From UHGV virus genome UHGV-1354603: a stretch of DNA of 47,714 nucleotides. One strand, written 5' to 3'. The position numbers and the translations under genes were made by a program. Origin of the DNA: a virus. The notes beneath the pieces were generated by a model. It did not search any database. It saw only the letters and a list, made by a program, of their open reading frames with translations, and had not been told where the DNA came from. Position 1 is the first letter of the stretch, and every line of letters starts with the position of its first letter. This document shows, in pieces, positions 25,792 to 35,791 of the stretch.

Positions 25792-26622
25792 TTATGCCGT
25801 CATCATGACCGGGCATCTGTTCAAAATCCTGTGCCCGTCAAAGAAAGAGAGTTGGCGGCGCACGCCGTACTTGTCGAGGAAGTGGGCAAACAGGTGGTAC
25901 TGCCCAGCCCCGGTAATCATCGTGGTGACGGTGACGAACTGGTAGCCGTCGTCCGCTTCGGTCATGCGCTCGACCACGCGGAAATAGCCCTTGTCCATCA
26001 TCCGCTGCGTGGGCATGTTCCAGTTGGTTCCCTTACGGCGCATCAGGTAGCCGTCCCTGCGGAGATCGCGGTAGAGACGGTTTGCGCCGATATCCAGCCC
26101 GCGCTGTTTCAGAACCTTGGCAAACTGGTTGATCGAGACGCATTCTTCCGTTTCCATGATCGCTTCGGCAAGCTCGACCTTGGGCGCATCAAGCGCGATT
26201 TGCTCCTGAAGATCGGATACGGCATGGCTGAGCATCCCGAGCCGCCCTTCGGCAATGATGAGGGCCTGAGACAGGATCTCGTCTTCCGTCTGCGGCGCGC
26301 CGTAGTGCCCCGTCTTGCGGATGGAGGGAAGGATTTCTTCGCAAACCCAGTCCTGAAACCGCTCTGCGCTGGGCAGATTCGACCGCATCACGAGGCGGTA
26401 TACGTCGGATTCGGGGATGATGTTGTAGGGCATAGCCCCCTGCGGCGAATTGCCGTAGCTGAATTTATTGAGCTTTTTGCAATGGGCATTCACGGCGTCG
26501 TTGGGGCGTTCATACCCCAACGCCTTCGCAACGTCACTCGCCACGAACCACGGCTGCCCTTCATGCTCGACCACCCGGACATCCCCAAACTCTTTGTTCT
26601 GAAATACCTTCACATCATTCAT
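25792..26622 (-). CDS. Antirepressor (Bro-N + KilA-C-like domains), paralog 1.
   Basis: KVFQNKEFGDVRVVEHEGQPWFVASDVAKALGYERPNDAVNAHCK; the N-terminal region is about 85% identical to the 46835..47611 product. Confidence 0.75.
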   Translation of the reverse strand: MNDVKVFQNKEFGDVRVVEHEGQPWFVASDVAKALGYERPNDAVNAHCKKLNKFSYGNSPQGAMPYNIIPESDVYRLVMRSNLPSAERFQDWVCEEILPSIRKTGHYGAPQTEDEILSQALIIAEGRLGMLSHAVSDLQEQIALDAPKVELAEAIMETEECVSINQFAKVLKQRGLDIGANRLYRDLRRDGYLMRRKGTNWNMPTQRMMDKGYFRVVERMTEADDGYQFVTVTTMITGAGQYHLFAHFLDKYGVRRQLSFFDGHRILNRCPVMMTA

Positions 26623-27217
26623 TGCTTGCTTTCCTTCATAGCTTTTGCGGAGATAGTACGGATAACCGTTTCCACGGCACGCACTTTTCGCCACAGGCCC
26701 GGAGTCATGTCTATGCCGAGCGTTTCAGCCAGCATTGCCAGCGCGTTGTAGTCAAAACCGACTGGCCCGCCCATGCCGGACATGCGGAGCTGGGTAGCAC
26801 CAACTTGGAGCAGTTCCCACGCATCCGCGTTGTCGGGCATGAGATCCGGGCAACGGCCTTCGCAACCTTCGCAGTTCAAAGAATCAGCATTCTGGCTGGC
26901 GGCCTTCCGGCAGGTGTCGCAGTATTCCGCGCCCTCACCGGAAAGCCACTCCCAGACCGCCGCTAGTTTTTTTCTTCTTCCGCCACGCCGAAGGTTTCGT
27001 TCACGATGGCCTTGTGCAGGGCGAGGATGTCGGGGAAGGGCAGTTCGTCCGTCTGGGCCGCGTCGAACCCGGCGACGGTGAACACGGCGTCCATGCCCTC
27101 GGAAATCGAATACCCGCCGCCCATGAGGTCGAAGCCCTGCGCCTTGAGCGCCTTGATGTCCTTGCCTTTGAGCGGGTTCACGATGAAGTCCTGACCGGAA
27201 AGAGTAATGGTACGCAT
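26619..27217 (-). CDS. gpGT-like tail chaperone fusion made by a -1 programmed frameshift.
   Basis: Slippery A_AAA_AAC at 26966-26974 (- strand); the -1 frame stays open to 26619 and encodes KKLAAVWEWLSGEGAEYCDTCRK... Confidence 0.6.
26963..27217 (-). CDS. Tail assembly chaperone (gpG-like).
   Basis: Small acidic protein immediately after the major tail protein; ends at the slippery site. Confidence 0.65.
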   Translation of the reverse strand: MRTITLSGQDFIVNPLKGKDIKALKAQGFDLMGGGYSISEGMDAVFTVAGFDAAQTDELPFPDILALHKAIVNETFGVAEEEKN

Positions 27218-27243
27218 GGTATTTTCCTTTTGATGGTTGATGG

Positions 27244-28221
27244 TTAGTAGGAAGCCACGTCATTGACGACGGTGGCGATGATGCAGGCGTTGTCCGCAGC
27301 ATCGTTGAAGTAGGCAACGAACGGATATTCAGCCTTGACACCAGTGGGACCATCCACGGTGGGACCTTGGAACTGAATCTGTACTTCGGGCATCTTGAAG
27401 GTGATTTTGTTGTTTTCGTCGATACTCCACCCCAGCTCCATGGAGAGTTCCGTATTGTCCTTTGCCTTGTTGAGCAGCGTCATGTTCGTAAACATGGCCG
27501 TCATGCTTCCGGAAACGGACATGAGGCCTTCGGGAATGTCATAGAGTTTACCGGCTGAGCCGAGCGTACGGATGGAGGTATCCAGTCCGTTGTCGATGGT
27601 CAGGCTGAAATCGGTAATGGTGGCAATCGCCACGCCGTCAGATTTCAAGGTCGCCTGAAAGTTACTGAAGCGTTTCATAGTCACAAGTTCGGCGGCGGCA
27701 TTGTAGTTCGTCTGCGAATACTCAACATCGCGCCCCACGAGGTTGACCGTAGCGGTCAGCTCACCATCCCCGCCAGCCTGCATTGCCAGAGAAGACACCT
27801 TGCACCCCGTAAACTTCCCGAAGGTGGCTGGGGTGGTTCCGTATGTGCTCTGGACAATGGCAGAAGGGGCCTCGTCCCCGGGCTTGAATACGTGGGTATA
27901 AGGGGCGGTATCAGGACTTGCGGGAGGAGTGGTTGTAGGAGCACCAAACAGCAGTTTCAACCAGTACGGGAAAGCACGGGCGTCAACCGGGACAGTCAGC
28001 GCGCCTGATACCTCGACATTGCCGTCAAAGGGTTCGGAAGGGTCACGTCGTCCGGTCAGCGTCGCCGCGCTGTTCTTGGCGCGCGATACATTCAGGCCAA
28101 ACGAATTGAGCGGCATGAGCCTTCCTGCCGCGACACCGGGAGCCGTTCCGAAACTTGTTTCAAAATCCAGCAGGCATGTGGTTTTATAGCCACGAGCAAT
28201 CTTTTCGATAGGCATAATCAC
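27244..28221 (-). CDS. Major tail protein.
   Basis: 325-aa protein between the tail terminator and the G/GT chaperones. Confidence 0.6.
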   Translation of the reverse strand: MIMPIEKIARGYKTTCLLDFETSFGTAPGVAAGRLMPLNSFGLNVSRAKNSAATLTGRRDPSEPFDGNVEVSGALTVPVDARAFPYWLKLLFGAPTTTPPASPDTAPYTHVFKPGDEAPSAIVQSTYGTTPATFGKFTGCKVSSLAMQAGGDGELTATVNLVGRDVEYSQTNYNAAAELVTMKRFSNFQATLKSDGVAIATITDFSLTIDNGLDTSIRTLGSAGKLYDIPEGLMSVSGSMTAMFTNMTLLNKAKDNTELSMELGWSIDENNKITFKMPEVQIQFQGPTVDGPTGVKAEYPFVAYFNDAADNACIIATVVNDVASY

Positions 28222-28224
28222 TCC

Positions 28225-28623
28225 TTATTCTGTTTCGAGGAACCAGACCTTGTACTCCATGCTCACGCGGAAGTAGTTGGTCCCGTCCTCGTACAAGTCT
28301 TGATCCTCAATCAGATGCGCTCCGAACACAGTGCCGCTCGGCGGCATGGCGGCGCGCACGGCCTTGGCAATGGCTTTCGCCTCGCCGTAGTTCTTCGCCC
28401 ACACGTCGATCTGGAGGTCAATTTCCTCCAGCCCGGACGCCCCGGACAGCGTATTTGCGGGCATCCCGCCGAGCCGCTGGAACGTGATGCACGGAAGCTT
28501 GGTTCCCTGCGGGATGACCAGCGCGAAGACATTGTTCCCCACCAGTGCAGACACCCCCGCGTCTTCCCGTAGCGTCCGCAGCAGGACGATTTCAAAATCA
28601 ACGGCGCTTGCCATAGTGGGCAT
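28225..28623 (-). CDS. Tail terminator / tail completion protein (DUF3168-like).
   Basis: Position and size; placed immediately upstream of the major tail gene in the HK97-like order. Confidence 0.45.
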   Translation of the reverse strand: MPTMASAVDFEIVLLRTLREDAGVSALVGNNVFALVIPQGTKLPCITFQRLGGMPANTLSGASGLEEIDLQIDVWAKNYGEAKAIAKAVRAAMPPSGTVFGAHLIEDQDLYEDGTNYFRVSMEYKVWFLETE

Positions 28624-28990
28624 CTCCCATCATTTCTTGAAGCATCGCATCAACTTTCCGACGGACGGCGTTGCGGGCCTTGCGGAGAAAATGCTTGCCG
28701 GGAACCCGGTGTTCAAGGACTTTCCCGTCTTTGGTCACCACGGCGTGCCCGAACTCCACAAGGTGGCTGTGCGGGGCCTTCACATAGACTACATAGCCGC
28801 CGTCCTTGTACTTCGAGCGGTAAATCCAGATGGATTGCCGCAGCCTCCCCGTCTTGTCCCTGAACGCCGTGGAGCTTTTGGCCTTCTCAAAGACCTGCGC
28901 GGCAATGCCTCCCAAATCGGAATCAATCTCCACCCGGACGCCCGCCCGGATGTCTTCGATGGGAATATCCACCACGACGTCATTGCTCAT
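28598..28990 (-). CDS. HK97 gp10-family protein.
   Basis: Family-typical ...GYVVYVKAPHSHLVEFGHAVV...VPGKHFLRKARNAV. Confidence 0.6.
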   Translation of the reverse strand: MSNDVVVDIPIEDIRAGVRVEIDSDLGGIAAQVFEKAKSSTAFRDKTGRLRQSIWIYRSKYKDGGYVVYVKAPHSHLVEFGHAVVTKDGKVLEHRVPGKHFLRKARNAVRRKVDAMLQEMMGDAHYGKRR

Positions 28991-29309
28991 TGCTCACCTC
29001 CCGGCACATCAACACCAGTTCCCGACCCCGGTTGTCCTGCAGCGGGGCAACGATGTTGAACACCTTCCCGTTGTGAGTGACGCGCATGTCCGCCGTCACG
29101 TCCGGCCTGTACCGGATGCGGATACGCTGCGTGACTTCGGACTGTGTCTGTTGGCTGGCGAAAAACTCCCGCCCGCTCATGGCTTCCAGCGAAGCCCAGA
29201 CGATCGCCACGTCTTCCCATGGCGCATCACCTATTGCAGCTCCATAATCGTCTACGGCCACAATCTTTTTCTGGAGCGTCACGCGGTGGCGAAGCATTCC
29301 CGAGCGCAT
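28980..29309 (-). CDS. Head-tail adaptor (head closure) protein.
   Basis: MRHRVTLQKKI...APWEDVAIVWASLEAMSGREF...RIRIRY typical of head-tail joining proteins. Confidence 0.6.
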   Translation of the reverse strand: MRSGMLRHRVTLQKKIVAVDDYGAAIGDAPWEDVAIVWASLEAMSGREFFASQQTQSEVTQRIRIRYRPDVTADMRVTHNGKVFNIVAPLQDNRGRELVLMCREVSNEQ

Positions 29310-29899
29310 CAGACCACCCCTGTAACGATGTAGGGATCAAGGAGGCTGTCAACAAAACCGTGTCCGAATTCGTTGAAATTCGCGCCCACGGTAAAGCTCT
29401 CTCGTTGTTCGTACAGCGTCCCGATACGCACCAGCATCCACTGTTTCAGGGCCTGTGGGATGAAATCGGCTGCCCACCCCGCAGTCAGTACAACGTCAAC
29501 ACTCCCCCGTGCCGGAAATCCGTGCAGGGGAGTAAGCGAGGCCAAAAGGGGAGCCTCATTTCCGCCATTGCCGCTAGGGGTGAAGGCGTACAGGGATGCC
29601 TCCAGAGGTTCTCCATCCACAGATACGGACAGACAGGCAGAGCAAGGTGCAAGAGGAACGGGAAGCACTGCGCCAAGAGGGAACTCCCCTTCAACGCGCC
29701 ATGTCCATGTCGAAGCACGGAGAACACGCCCCGTCTTGCGCTCGGCGTGCTGCCTTGCCGCAGTAATGAGGCAGGACAGCAACGTATCTTCCTCGTTTCC
29801 CGTATCGATACGGCAATACAGCTTGGCTTCTTCCAGCGTCACCGGCTCAAAGTCGGCATCCGTGGTGCACCGCAAAAACGTCGTTCCGAACCTTTGCAT
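29309..29899 (-). CDS. Head-tail connector (gp6-like / DNA packaging QLRG family).
   Basis: LEEAKLYCRIDTGNEEDTLLSCLITAARQHAERKTGRVL. Confidence 0.6.
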   Translation of the reverse strand: MQRFGTTFLRCTTDADFEPVTLEEAKLYCRIDTGNEEDTLLSCLITAARQHAERKTGRVLRASTWTWRVEGEFPLGAVLPVPLAPCSACLSVSVDGEPLEASLYAFTPSGNGGNEAPLLASLTPLHGFPARGSVDVVLTAGWAADFIPQALKQWMLVRIGTLYEQRESFTVGANFNEFGHGFVDSLLDPYIVTGVV

Positions 29900-29950
29900 G
29901 GGTGTTCCTCTTGGCTGCCCGGCACGTTTTCATGCCGGGCAGCGGCATCG

Positions 29951-30418
29951 TTAATCCACGATCACGCTGGAGCCGTGGTAGCGTTCTCCGGTGACGATGT
30001 ACGTTGCGGAAATGATGTTTGCGGCGTTGCTGGCTCCGGCCTTGAGGCACAGGCAGTCAAAACCGCCGTTGGTGTCCAGCGTGTCCACATCCACTTCAAA
30101 AACGACCAACTTTTCCTTGGTGGTTTCGTCAGTGGTGAAGGATACGGCGTCCGCCTGGCGCACCCACAAATCGGAAGTTGAAGCGTCGGCAACCAGATAC
30201 ACGGGGACTGCTTCCGTGATGGCTTTCGATCCGGTTCCGGCAACGGCCTTGGCCTGTTCAAGGGTTAGGGCGACAGTCGCCGCGTTCCCCTGATTGACGT
30301 GCGCCAGCACCGTGACGTGGGTAGCTCCCTTGAGGCAGATGTAGTCCCCAGCAACGGCACTTCCCCCGGCCTGAGGCTTGAAAGCAGAGACGATATGGGC
30401 ATTTTCAACGATATTCAT
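29951..30418 (-). CDS. Hypothetical structural protein (possible capsid decoration).
   Basis: Position between the major capsid and the connector; no recognised motif. Confidence 0.35.
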   Translation of the reverse strand: MNIVENAHIVSAFKPQAGGSAVAGDYICLKGATHVTVLAHVNQGNAATVALTLEQAKAVAGTGSKAITEAVPVYLVADASTSDLWVRQADAVSFTTDETTKEKLVVFEVDVDTLDTNGGFDCLCLKAGASNAANIISATYIVTGERYHGSSVIVD

Positions 30419-30430
30419 ACGGGGTTCCTC

Positions 30431-31714
30431 CTAGGCGCGGGCCGCAAGCATGACGAAGGGCGAAAGAGTGTTCGCACCCTTGAGCGGCGTAAAGGGTTCG
30501 TCGTAGATAGGCTGGCCATCCACACGGGTGATGAACCGGTAGGCCATTTCGTCCGTGAGGAACTTGACGTGCATGGACTCGGCAACTTCCATTCCACCCT
30601 TGGAAACAAGCATGTATTCAGAGAAGTCGGCGAGGATGATGTCACCCTTGGTTCCCAGAGTTTCGCAGAACTCCAGCGGCACGATTGGACGCCCGAACAG
30701 CGTACCGAACGGGGCATTGGCAAAACTTCCACCGGGGATGAACACGGGCTGGTTGCCCACGGTCATCATGGGGAGCTGCGGAAGAACGTCCTGATTCATG
30801 AACCACGCGGCGTTGGCCATGTTCCCCTTGAACCGGGCCAGCATCTTCACGGCATTGGCCGCGTTAAAGGTGGTTGCCGTCTGGCTGCTTTCCTTGGCTA
30901 CGGTAATGGGCAGTGCGGAATTCATGATCCCGAGAGGCTGCCCCTGTCCGGAGCCCTCAAAAATCGCCTGATCGAGCTTGAAGGCGAACTCCTCGCGCAG
31001 AGCACGCTGGGCAAACGCGGCAAGGGCCGGGGCATCACGGAGCATACGATTGGTGACGTACAGCAGGCCGTACAGATCCTTCACCCGCATTTCGCGGGTC
31101 TTGAGCGCGACCTTTCCCGAAGAGGCCATAGCCGTGGTTTCTCCCTTCCAGTAGACGGACAGGCCGTTGCGGGTGGTACGGTTGCGATCATCGGAAACGA
31201 GGTATTCAAAGCCGTCCGAATTGGCGGAAATGGGCTGTACCGTTACGCGGCGGGCCAGAAGCCCGTTTTCCATGGCGGAGGTCATAATCCCTTTGGACTT
31301 GTCCGTTTCCACGAGATATCCGCCTTCGCTGTCCACACCCGTGGACGCACCGGAAGCCGCATTGACCACCTGCATGAAGCGTTCGCGGGCTTTCGGGGCA
31401 TCGGCGGTGTCCAGCGTCATGGCCTGCACATCGATAAGCTGCTCGCCAAGGTTGCGGTAGACGGGCTTGGCGGCAACTTCAACGTGACCGCCTTCGTTTG
31501 TGAAACCAGCAACGCTTTCGGCCTGCTGCGGATCGGTAAGGCCCTCCAGCTTCATCTGTCCCTGGATACGGGATTCAAGGGCGTTGGCATCTGCCAGCAA
31601 CGCGTCAAACGCGGTCTGATCATCGACGGTGAAGGTTTCCTTAGACTGCAATTCGCGGGCGGCCTTGAGTTTTTCGGCCTTCTGTTCCCGCAGGGCTTGA
31701 ATGGAAATAGGCAT
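30431..31714 (-). CDS. HK97-type major capsid protein.
   Basis: N-terminal coiled delta domain, then HK97-fold capsid-like sequence; follows the prohead protease. Confidence 0.85.
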   Translation of the reverse strand: MPISIQALREQKAEKLKAARELQSKETFTVDDQTAFDALLADANALESRIQGQMKLEGLTDPQQAESVAGFTNEGGHVEVAAKPVYRNLGEQLIDVQAMTLDTADAPKARERFMQVVNAASGASTGVDSEGGYLVETDKSKGIMTSAMENGLLARRVTVQPISANSDGFEYLVSDDRNRTTRNGLSVYWKGETTAMASSGKVALKTREMRVKDLYGLLYVTNRMLRDAPALAAFAQRALREEFAFKLDQAIFEGSGQGQPLGIMNSALPITVAKESSQTATTFNAANAVKMLARFKGNMANAAWFMNQDVLPQLPMMTVGNQPVFIPGGSFANAPFGTLFGRPIVPLEFCETLGTKGDIILADFSEYMLVSKGGMEVAESMHVKFLTDEMAYRFITRVDGQPIYDEPFTPLKGANTLSPFVMLAARA

Positions 31715-31752
31715 ATCGTTTCTCCTGTGCCTGTTAATTGCGGGAATTCCCG

Positions 31753-32508
31753 CTAGAAACCCGCCTCAGCGAGAGCAAGGGCGCGTTCACGCGCACGATG
31801 CGCAGATGCGTCCTCACTGTTTTCGGCGGAATTTTTCGATTCTTTTTTGCACTTGTCGCTGGCATCATCGCCATCCGTGTTGCCGTAGATGCGGTCAACA
31901 AAGCCGTTGGCAAGTGCTTCCTGAGCCGTGAACCACGTTTCAGCATCCATCCACGCCTTCAGTTGCTCTGTGCTCTTACCTGTCTTGGCCTGATAGTCGC
32001 GCAGGATATTGGCATCGATTTTCTCCAGCAGCGTAGCCGTATCGACCAGTTCTGCGGCATTGCCGAAAGCGACTGTCCATGCGTTATGGATCATGAACAG
32101 CGCACCATCGGACATTTCCACTTCGTCAGCCGCGAGAGCTATGTAAGTGGCTGCTGAGGCCGCCATACCGTCGATATGCGCCACCACCCGAGCCTTGTGC
32201 TGTTGCAGGGCCGTCTGAATGGCCTCAGCAGCGAACACGTAACCGCCGGGGGAATTGACGCGCAAATGGATTGTCTTGGCGGAGATCTCACTGAGCGATT
32301 TCACGAATTCTACAGCGTCAATGCCGAACCAAGGGTCAATGGCGTCATACAGGTACACCGTGGCCTCATCCTCGGCGGCATTGAGCACCGTGGCAGGAGA
32401 AAGCAGGCGCGGACCGCCAGCATCAATTCTGGCTTTTGCCTTGCTCCTAGCGTCTTCAAGCAACTGGCGGGCGTTCATCGTATTAGGCTGCATTGCTGCC
32501 ACCTCCAT
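31753..32508 (-). CDS. ClpP-like prohead protease (S14).
   Basis: ...VNSPGGYVFAAEAIQTAL...HIDGMAASAATYIALAADE... Confidence 0.85.
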   Translation of the reverse strand: MEVAAMQPNTMNARQLLEDARSKAKARIDAGGPRLLSPATVLNAAEDEATVYLYDAIDPWFGIDAVEFVKSLSEISAKTIHLRVNSPGGYVFAAEAIQTALQQHKARVVAHIDGMAASAATYIALAADEVEMSDGALFMIHNAWTVAFGNAAELVDTATLLEKIDANILRDYQAKTGKSTEQLKAWMDAETWFTAQEALANGFVDRIYGNTDGDDASDKCKKESKNSAENSEDASAHRARERALALAEAGF

Positions 32509-33760
32509 TTGTTGTCGTATCAGGCTGGTTCGTTGTGTCCGTCTGCCCTGCGGATTCCGGCGCGTGCAATTCGTCGCCGCCTTCGAGCGGTGCGAGGTTT
32601 TCAAGCGCACGCACCTCGTTGACCGTCATGAAGCCGGGGTTCTGCGTGCCACCCAGAGCCGCCTTGTAGAAATCGGCACGGCCCTTGGAGTCGGCCCGAA
32701 GCAGGGCATCAAGATTGAATTTGCTGTAAAACTTGGCAGATCGCAGCAGTTTCCGGTCGATTTCCTGCTCAAGTCCCTTGAGAATGTCGCGCAGGGTGAA
32801 TTTGACGAAGCCGAGCGTCTGTTCTTCAATGCCTGTTCCCCATGAGGTGCTCTTGCTGGTATGCCCGACCATGTGCGGCGGAACACCATAGAACCGGCAG
32901 ATATCCTCAACCTGAAACGAGCGGCTTTCCATCAGCTGTGATTCGTCGGCCTTGAAGTCGAGACGGGTTACCTTCGCGCCGTTGTCGGCAACAATGGGCA
33001 TACGTGACCTAGACCGTCCGGTGTGGTTCCGTTCCCATGTATCGTAGAACAGCTTGGCCTGCTCAGAGTCGAATTTCTGGGGAAACTCAAACGCGTAATC
33101 GGCGGCATTGCCCTGGCTGAAAAACCTCTCGTTGAAGTCCTGTCCCGCCACCGCAAGGGCAATGGCCCCCCGCGCACAGTCCATTGGCGACATGCCTTTC
33201 ACGCCGTCCCAGCCAAGGAACGTCCAGTGAAGCACATCGTCTTGGTCGAAAACAGCACTTTCGCCATTGGAGAGCATCATGCGGTAACGGAGCCGCGTCT
33301 TGTCGTCGTTCAGCTCGGGCATGCAACGGTACGGGGCTATCCACGAAAGGCTCTTTGGAGTGCCGAGCGCGGTTCTGCCTACCAGTGCATACCCATTGCC
33401 GTGCATGAAGGCAGACCAGAGAAAGGTCCGCCAGAACTGGTGCGCCGTCATGAGGGCGCAAGCCTCGTTATGTAGCAGGTAATAGGCCGGATGGTCTACG
33501 GCCGGCTCCGCTTTTCCGCCACGGGCAAGGCGATAGACCTCACACGGCAGACTGGCGATCGTTCCAGACAAAAGGGCCACGCAACGGTACACGGCACTCA
33601 CCTTCATGGCCGTATGTTCGTTCACCACCACACCGCTTGCCGTGGGATAGCCAGCAGATCCTCCAAGCAGAGTTTCCATGATGCGGGCCTCATCTTCCAG
33701 CGTTCCGCCATACGATGCCTTGGGCGTCTGCCCCCATGTCGCAGGATTCCACCAACTCAT
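32483..33760 (-). CDS. Portal protein (HK97 family).
   Basis: MSWWNP...VSAVYRCVALLSGTIASLP... Confidence 0.85.
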   Translation of the reverse strand: MSWWNPATWGQTPKASYGGTLEDEARIMETLLGGSAGYPTASGVVVNEHTAMKVSAVYRCVALLSGTIASLPCEVYRLARGGKAEPAVDHPAYYLLHNEACALMTAHQFWRTFLWSAFMHGNGYALVGRTALGTPKSLSWIAPYRCMPELNDDKTRLRYRMMLSNGESAVFDQDDVLHWTFLGWDGVKGMSPMDCARGAIALAVAGQDFNERFFSQGNAADYAFEFPQKFDSEQAKLFYDTWERNHTGRSRSRMPIVADNGAKVTRLDFKADESQLMESRSFQVEDICRFYGVPPHMVGHTSKSTSWGTGIEEQTLGFVKFTLRDILKGLEQEIDRKLLRSAKFYSKFNLDALLRADSKGRADFYKAALGGTQNPGFMTVNEVRALENLAPLEGGDELHAPESAGQTDTTNQPDTTTNGGGSNAA

Positions 33761-35370
33761 AGGCCTTCCCCTTCAGAGGCCAGAAATCCGGCCCAATCGA
33801 ATAGGCCGCCCTCTTTTTCCGGGACCTCATATTCAGTCCAGTTCATGGCCATGGCCAACGCGACAATCCCGTCAATCCGGCCCGTGCTCTTGATCTTGTC
33901 AAACTTGCGGTTCCCGCTCGGGTCCTGCTGCACCCGCACGTTCGAGGCGCACATGGTCAGGACGGGGTGCATCCCGTGACGCATGGTTCCTTCGGCAAGT
34001 ACATCCTCCAGCGTTTCAACCGCCGGGTTCATGTCCCGGAAGCCCTGCCCATGAGGGATCATCCGCAACCCTCCTTGAACGGGATCATCCCTGCCTTCCA
34101 CCCATGCGTCCACGCCTTCCTCACGGAGAGCGCGAACCATGTCGTCGATGCGCCAGCGGTCGAACTTCAGCCCGGCTATGGACATTTTCCCGTGCAGTTC
34201 AGCAATCTTGCGGGCCACAAAACGATAGTCGATGGTTCTGCCCGGCGTGGTGTTCAAAAAACCTTGCTGCGCCCAGAAGTCATACCGGACGTGATCGCGA
34301 TCCGAACGGTCCCGGATGCCCTCGGCGGGCGTCCAGAACAGCGGCATAACGTGCCAAAACTCCTGTTCATCCTGAACCGTCAGGATCAGCGCGGTGAGAT
34401 CGTTCTTCCCGGAAAGGTCAAGGCCGCCGAACACGGGCAAATCCTCGAACAGCGCCAAATCCGGTTCCCCACCGTTCCGCAGCCAGACTTCCGGCGTGAT
34501 GAAATGCGCCGCGCCGTCCACGCGCTGGTTCAGGTACAGGTTCCGGAACGCTGCTTCGGCTGCGGGCATCCGCTTAGCCTTCTCCGCCGTCTCCCGCATT
34601 TCTTCCAAAGACCGGAAATCGCCAAGGGCCGGGTTCGCCAGATACCAGTTGTCCTCATCCCACGGGTCCGCATCCATCGGCACTGAGAAAAGGAATGTCT
34701 TGAACTTCGGATCTTCAATCTCTTCCCGGATCACCTTCTGGCCGTAATCAATGAGCTCGGAAAGGACGGCGTTGTCGCTGGCGGCCTGCGTCGAAATGCA
34801 CCACACCAGCGGATCGGCGTGCGCGCCCCGCGAGGTCATCATCACATCGTACAGCTCGCGGTCCGCGCCAAACTGCGCCAACTCGTCGAACACGATGAAG
34901 GATGAAGACTTGCCGTGCTTGCCTTTCGTCTCGCTGGACAGGGCCGTGAACTCGGAACCGCTCACCGGGTCAACCAGCTTCTTGCGGGACTCGATGACGT
35001 TCAGACGGTCGGACAACTCGTCGTCCATGTAGACCATTGCCGCCATCAGCTTGAACAGCACGGCGGCCTGTTCCCGGTCGAAGGCTACGGAATAGAGTTG
35101 CCCGTTTCTGACGGCTTCCGGACCGCACAGATGCGCGAGACACAGCCCCGCCACCAATGCGGTCTTGCCATTCTTCCTAGACATGGACAGCACCGCCTGG
35201 CGCACCACGCGCCGCCCTTCCGCGTCTTCCGCATCGTAGACCTCCCGGATGATCGCCTTCTGCCACTCGCGCAGCACGAACGGCAGACCAACCCCGGCAC
35301 CGTCCGGCGTCCGCAGGGTTTCGATGAAGGCAATCACTTTCTCCGCTCTGGTCATTCGTCTACGCTCCAA
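33757..35370 (-). CDS. Terminase large subunit.
   Basis: Walker A GKT and terminase nuclease motifs; 537 aa. Confidence 0.9.
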   Translation of the reverse strand: MERRRMTRAEKVIAFIETLRTPDGAGVGLPFVLREWQKAIIREVYDAEDAEGRRVVRQAVLSMSRKNGKTALVAGLCLAHLCGPEAVRNGQLYSVAFDREQAAVLFKLMAAMVYMDDELSDRLNVIESRKKLVDPVSGSEFTALSSETKGKHGKSSSFIVFDELAQFGADRELYDVMMTSRGAHADPLVWCISTQAASDNAVLSELIDYGQKVIREEIEDPKFKTFLFSVPMDADPWDEDNWYLANPALGDFRSLEEMRETAEKAKRMPAAEAAFRNLYLNQRVDGAAHFITPEVWLRNGGEPDLALFEDLPVFGGLDLSGKNDLTALILTVQDEQEFWHVMPLFWTPAEGIRDRSDRDHVRYDFWAQQGFLNTTPGRTIDYRFVARKIAELHGKMSIAGLKFDRWRIDDMVRALREEGVDAWVEGRDDPVQGGLRMIPHGQGFRDMNPAVETLEDVLAEGTMRHGMHPVLTMCASNVRVQQDPSGNRKFDKIKSTGRIDGIVALAMAMNWTEYEVPEKEGGLFDWAGFLASEGEGL

Positions 35371-35791
35371 ACATCAGTCCGGCCCGTTTAGGCTTCGGCT
35401 TCTCTTCGTTCTTTCCGGCTGTCTTGGCTGTGATGCGGCTGTTCACACACAGGCGCAGCTTTGTCGCCAGCTGACTCAGGGAACTGTTGCTGTTCACAAG
35501 GACCTCGTGCCAAGGGTTGCGCTTCACCGCACCGGAAGCCGTCTCTATGACCTCTCCCTGCTCGGCAAGCATCTGTTCCGCACGGTTGCGCCGTACATAC
35601 TCATCACAGTAGGCCCGCAATAGCGGCACGTCCCCGGCCTGAAAATATCCGTGCGGATGTGCGCCTACGATATTCCGCCACAGTTCAGCCGCATCTTCAG
35701 ACATGTCGTCGGGGTGCGGGAAAAAACTCTCGGCAGGCGTCAGCATCCGCAGCCGCTTGGCCTGTGCCGGTTTCGGCCCTCGTGCGCCCAT
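35360..35791 (-). CDS. Terminase small subunit (P27 family).
   Basis: N-terminal MGARGPKP... Confidence 0.65.
   Translation of the reverse strand: MGARGPKPAQAKRLRMLTPAESFFPHPDDMSEDAAELWRNIVGAHPHGYFQAGDVPLLRAYCDEYVRRNRAEQMLAEQGEVIETASGAVKRNPWHEVLVNSNSSLSQLATKLRLCVNSRITAKTAGKNEEKPKPKRAGLMFGA

Noticed and set aside
26622-27353. Reading the full 244-aa ORF 26619..27353 as an independent gene.
   Set aside because: Its 5' part is an out-of-frame overlap of the gpG gene with an Arg/Pro-rich translation. Only the portion downstream of the A_AAA_AAC slip site makes sense, as the gpGT extension.
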